A stretch of DNA of 64,000 nt from an uncultured Actinomycetes bacterium (GTDB taxonomy: Bacteria > Actinomycetota > UBA4738 > HRBIN12): positions 227,042 through 291,041 of the forward strand of contig CAVQKV010000001.1 in the NCBI GenBank assembly GCA_963713185.1. Reading direction: 5' to 3'. Made by a program: the position numbers and the translations under genes. Below, in pieces: positions 61,530 to 64,000 of the stretch. The notes under the pieces were generated by a model. It was not told the origin of the DNA, made no database searches, and saw only the letters and a list, made by a program, of their open reading frames with translations. Positions within the stretch are counted from its first letter, which is position 1. Every line of letters starts with the position of its first letter.

Positions 61530-62582
61530 TCAGGCCGCCAGGTACTCGTTGATCCCGGGGAGCACCTCGCGCTGGTGGATCTCGGCGCCGGAAGACGGCG
61601 GCGGGTCGGCTCCTCGGGCCTCCGGCGAAACGAGCCCGATGCCCCGATGCGGTCGGTGGGAGTTGTAGTGGGAAGCATATCTGTGAAGGACCTGGTCGAG
61701 ATGGCGGCGCCCGAGGATGAGCGTCCAGTCCAGGAGCTCGGCGCGGATGGTGCGCACCCAGCGCTCGGCGTAGGCGTTGGCCTTCGGGGCGCGAACAGGC
61801 GTGAGTATCACCCGGGCACCCTCACATTCGAACACGGCGTCGAAGGAGCGGGTGAACTTCGAGTCTCGATCGCGGATCAGGTAACGAACCGTGGGGAGCT
61901 CTCCTGCCATAAAGAGGTTCCGAGCCTGCTGGGTGACGAACGCCGCATCAGGGTTGCGGGTGGCCATCGTGACGTGAACCCGTCGGGTCCCGACCTCGAT
62001 GAAGAACAAGACGTAGAGCGTTCGAAGAAACGCGGTCTCCAAGGTGAAGAAGTCGCAGGCCAGGACCCCTTCGGCTTGGGCGCGCAGGAACTCCGACCAG
62101 GATGGACCCTGCCTACGCGGAGCCGGCCCCAAGCCGTGGCGACGGAGCAGCGTTCGGATCGTAGTGGCTCCCACCCGGATGCCGAGACCTCGAAGCTCTC
62201 CTTGGATCCGAACGCATCCCCAGCGCGGGTTCTCCCTTGCCAGACGAAGGATCAGCTCGATCACCTGTGGAGATAGTGGCGGACGTCCTACCGGTTTGCC
62301 GCGGTACGTCCATTTGCGTCTGATCAGCTCGCGGTGCCAGCGAAGGAGCGTCTCGGGGGTGACCAGCAACGATGACCGGCGCTCGCGCGGCAGCATGCGA
62401 GCCGCCGCGGAAAAGAAGACCTTGTCGAATCGCCGCAGCTTCGGACGTCCAACCTTCCTCGATAGAACCTGCACCTGGTGACGCAGGACGAGGAGCTCGA
62501 CCTCACGGTCGCGGTCCTCGCCCCTTGTGGGCACAAGACGCAGCAAGCCGCGAACGATCAGGTAATTGATGGAGAACAGCAC
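61530..62582 (-). CDS. integrase-core (rve) DDE transposase, IS481/IS3-superfamily type
   Basis: 350 aa, intact. LLVLRHQVQVLSRKVGRPKL...LLRWHRELIRRKWTY...ACDFFTLET..YLIRDRDSKF..PKANAYAERWVRTIRAELLD..YNSHRPHRGI. Confidence 0.85.
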   Translation of the reverse strand: MLFSINYLIVRGLLRLVPTRGEDRDREVELLVLRHQVQVLSRKVGRPKLRRFDKVFFSAAARMLPRERRSSLLVTPETLLRWHRELIRRKWTYRGKPVGRPPLSPQVIELILRLARENPRWGCVRIQGELRGLGIRVGATTIRTLLRRHGLGPAPRRQGPSWSEFLRAQAEGVLACDFFTLETAFLRTLYVLFFIEVGTRRVHVTMATRNPDAAFVTQQARNLFMAGELPTVRYLIRDRDSKFTRSFDAVFECEGARVILTPVRAPKANAYAERWVRTIRAELLDWTLILGRRHLDQVLHRYASHYNSHRPHRGIGLVSPEARGADPPPSSGAEIHQREVLPGINEYLAA

Positions 62583-62795
62583 CGCCGCATCCTAAGGGAG
62601 CGCCGTCTGCGTGCGCGAACCATCGTTTTCGACCCCCTCACGGCCAAGGACAGGTTGTTGGAGTTCTTCCGCCGCTTCCAGCCGATCAACGACTGACTGA
62701 ACCCGGGGTCGGCCCATCCACCCCCGGACGGCGACGGTAGGCGGCACCCAAATGCCGGTGGCGAGATCGGTTTGGGCGAGCCGCTAACCGGTAGC

Positions 62796-63737
62796 ATGGC
62801 GCCGCGTTCCCACATGGTCGACGACCTGCTGCTGCGCGCAGAGGGACTCTCCTTCCGGTACCCGAGCGGCACGCTCGCGCTCGAGGAGCTGACCGTCGAC
62901 GTCCCCCGTGGCTCCGTGGGGCTGGTCGGCGCCAACGGAGCCGGCAAGACGACGCTGCTGCGCTTGGCGTTGGGTCAGCTGCGCCCCACCGCCGGCAGGA
63001 TCGAGGTCGTGGGAAGGACCGTCGCCGATGATCCGATCGGCGTGCGAGCCCACCTCGGCTTCATGCCCGAGCACGACTGCCTTCCCCCCGACCAGACGGC
63101 GGCCGACGTCGTCGCCACCTTCGGTGAGCTCTCCGGCCTGCCGCCCCGAGCCGCCCGCCAGCGCGCCTCCGAGATGCTCGACCTCGTCGGACTGGACGAG
63201 GCGCGCTTTCGGCCGATCGGCGGGTTCTCAACGGGAATGCGCCAGCGAACCAAGTTGGCCCAGGCCATCGTCGCCGACCCGCAGGTGGTGCTGCTCGACG
63301 AGCCCACCGCTGGCCTCGACCCGATCGGCCGCGAGGAGATGCTGACCCTCGTCGGCCGGCTTGCCGGCTTCGGGATCTCGGCGCTCATCGCCACGCACCT
63401 GCTCGACGACGTCCAGCGCGTGTGCGACCACGTGGTGATGATCGATGGCGGCAAGCTGCGCCGCGCCTCCGCCACCCGGGCCCTCCTGCACCGCACGGGC
63501 GCCGTGCGGGTCGAGGTGCACGACGGCGCAGCGCGGCTCGCCGACCTCCTGCGTACCGCCGAGGTGGCCGTCACGCTTGTGGACGATGCCACGCTCGACG
63601 TGCGTGTCGACGGCGACGACGACGGCCGTGTGCTCGACCTCGTCCGCGACGGCGCCGACGACCTCGGCCTCGCCCTGCAGGCGATGACCACCCGGCGCAT
63701 GTCCCTCGACGAGCTGTTCCTGGACGAGCCGCCGTGA
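62796..63737 (+). CDS. ABC transporter ATP-binding protein
   Basis: Walker A GANGAGKTT, signature FSTGMRQR, Walker B VVLLDEPTAGLD. The start is uncertain (TTG 62772, ATG 62796 or ATG 62814). Confidence 0.85.
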   Translation: MAPRSHMVDDLLLRAEGLSFRYPSGTLALEELTVDVPRGSVGLVGANGAGKTTLLRLALGQLRPTAGRIEVVGRTVADDPIGVRAHLGFMPEHDCLPPDQTAADVVATFGELSGLPPRAARQRASEMLDLVGLDEARFRPIGGFSTGMRQRTKLAQAIVADPQVVLLDEPTAGLDPIGREEMLTLVGRLAGFGISALIATHLLDDVQRVCDHVVMIDGGKLRRASATRALLHRTGAVRVEVHDGAARLADLLRTAEVAVTLVDDATLDVRVDGDDDGRVLDLVRDGADDLGLALQAMTTRRMSLDELFLDEPP

Positions 63738-64000
63738 GCGCGCGATCGCTGCACGGCGGCGCCGTCTACGACCGCGGGTATCGGCCCTACGAGGGCCAGC
63801 GCGGCGGTCGGGGCGCTTCTCGCGCCGCCCTGGTTCGGCTCTCGATCCGCCGCGCCCTCGGGCTCCGCCGGTCTTGGCGCCAGAAGGTCCTGCCATGGTC
63901 GTTGCTCGGGATCGCGACGATCCCGGCGGTCATCAACGTCGGGGTCAAGTACATCACGCGGAACACCCCGGCCGCGGACGTCGATCTCATCACGTTCCGC
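63734..64000 (+). CDS. ABC-2-type transporter permease, N-terminal part (continues beyond the window)
   Basis: GTG at 63734 in a GTGA overlap with the ATPase stop. YDRGYRPYEGQRGGRGASRAALVRLSIRR..LPWSLLGIATIPAVINVG is typical of ABC-2 permease N-termini. Confidence 0.6.
   Translation, partial: MSARSLHGGAVYDRGYRPYEGQRGGRGASRAALVRLSIRRALGLRRSWRQKVLPWSLLGIATIPAVINVGVKYITRNTPAADVDLITFR

Larger units (their letters stand above)
60673..62642 (-). mobile_element. candidate two-gene IS-like element (rve transposase + ERCC4 nuclease) bounded by 17-nt inverted repeats
   Basis: IRL CTGAAGGGGTCGAAAAC (60673-60689) and IRR GTTTTCGACCCCCTCAC (62626-62642): 12 consecutive perfect bp, 15/17 overall. Confidence 0.45.

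Overview
High-GC (about 70%) actinobacterial-type chromosomal segment. From 1 to about 43.6 kb it is an intact, tightly packed core. It holds a purine cluster (purA-purD-purE-purB) and one long heat-shock operon (dnaK-hsp20-grpE-dnaJ-hspR-GNAT-clpB) behind a sigma70-like promoter with a HAIR-like operator. It also holds an Fe-S reductase, two NarL-type two-component pairs, dcd, trpD, tRNA-Gly, nth, dnaB, rpsF-ssb-rpsR-rplI, panB, three tandem GT-C membrane glycosyltransferases and a class A PBP. From about 43.6 kb on, the window turns accessory and visibly decaying. A Tad/Flp-like pilus locus is reduced to fragments, and one TadE-like gene is split by about 5 kb of lower-GC DNA made entirely of frameshifted genes (IMPase, two LipJ-like hydrolase-cyclase genes, an S51 peptidase). 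Next comes a frameshifted ECF sigma / anti-sigma pair with an intact M15 peptidase. After that, a complete tRNA-Sec is followed 4.5 kb later by a direct copy of its 3' half. The interval between carries six CCGGACAAGTCTTC arm-type repeats, IS fragments, a tRNA-Ala-like relic and a roughly 3 kb shattered cyclase/ATPase/TPR gene, but no integrase. Beyond the second tRNA-Sec copy lies what I consider the most interesting object: a compact 1.97 kb unit bounded by inverted repeats. It holds only an rve/DDE transposase and a translationally coupled ERCC4-type nuclease with an unassigned N-terminal domain. Many very long ORFs in the supplied track are GC-driven shadow frames and were rejected. All calls come from reading translations and motifs by eye; no database search was run.
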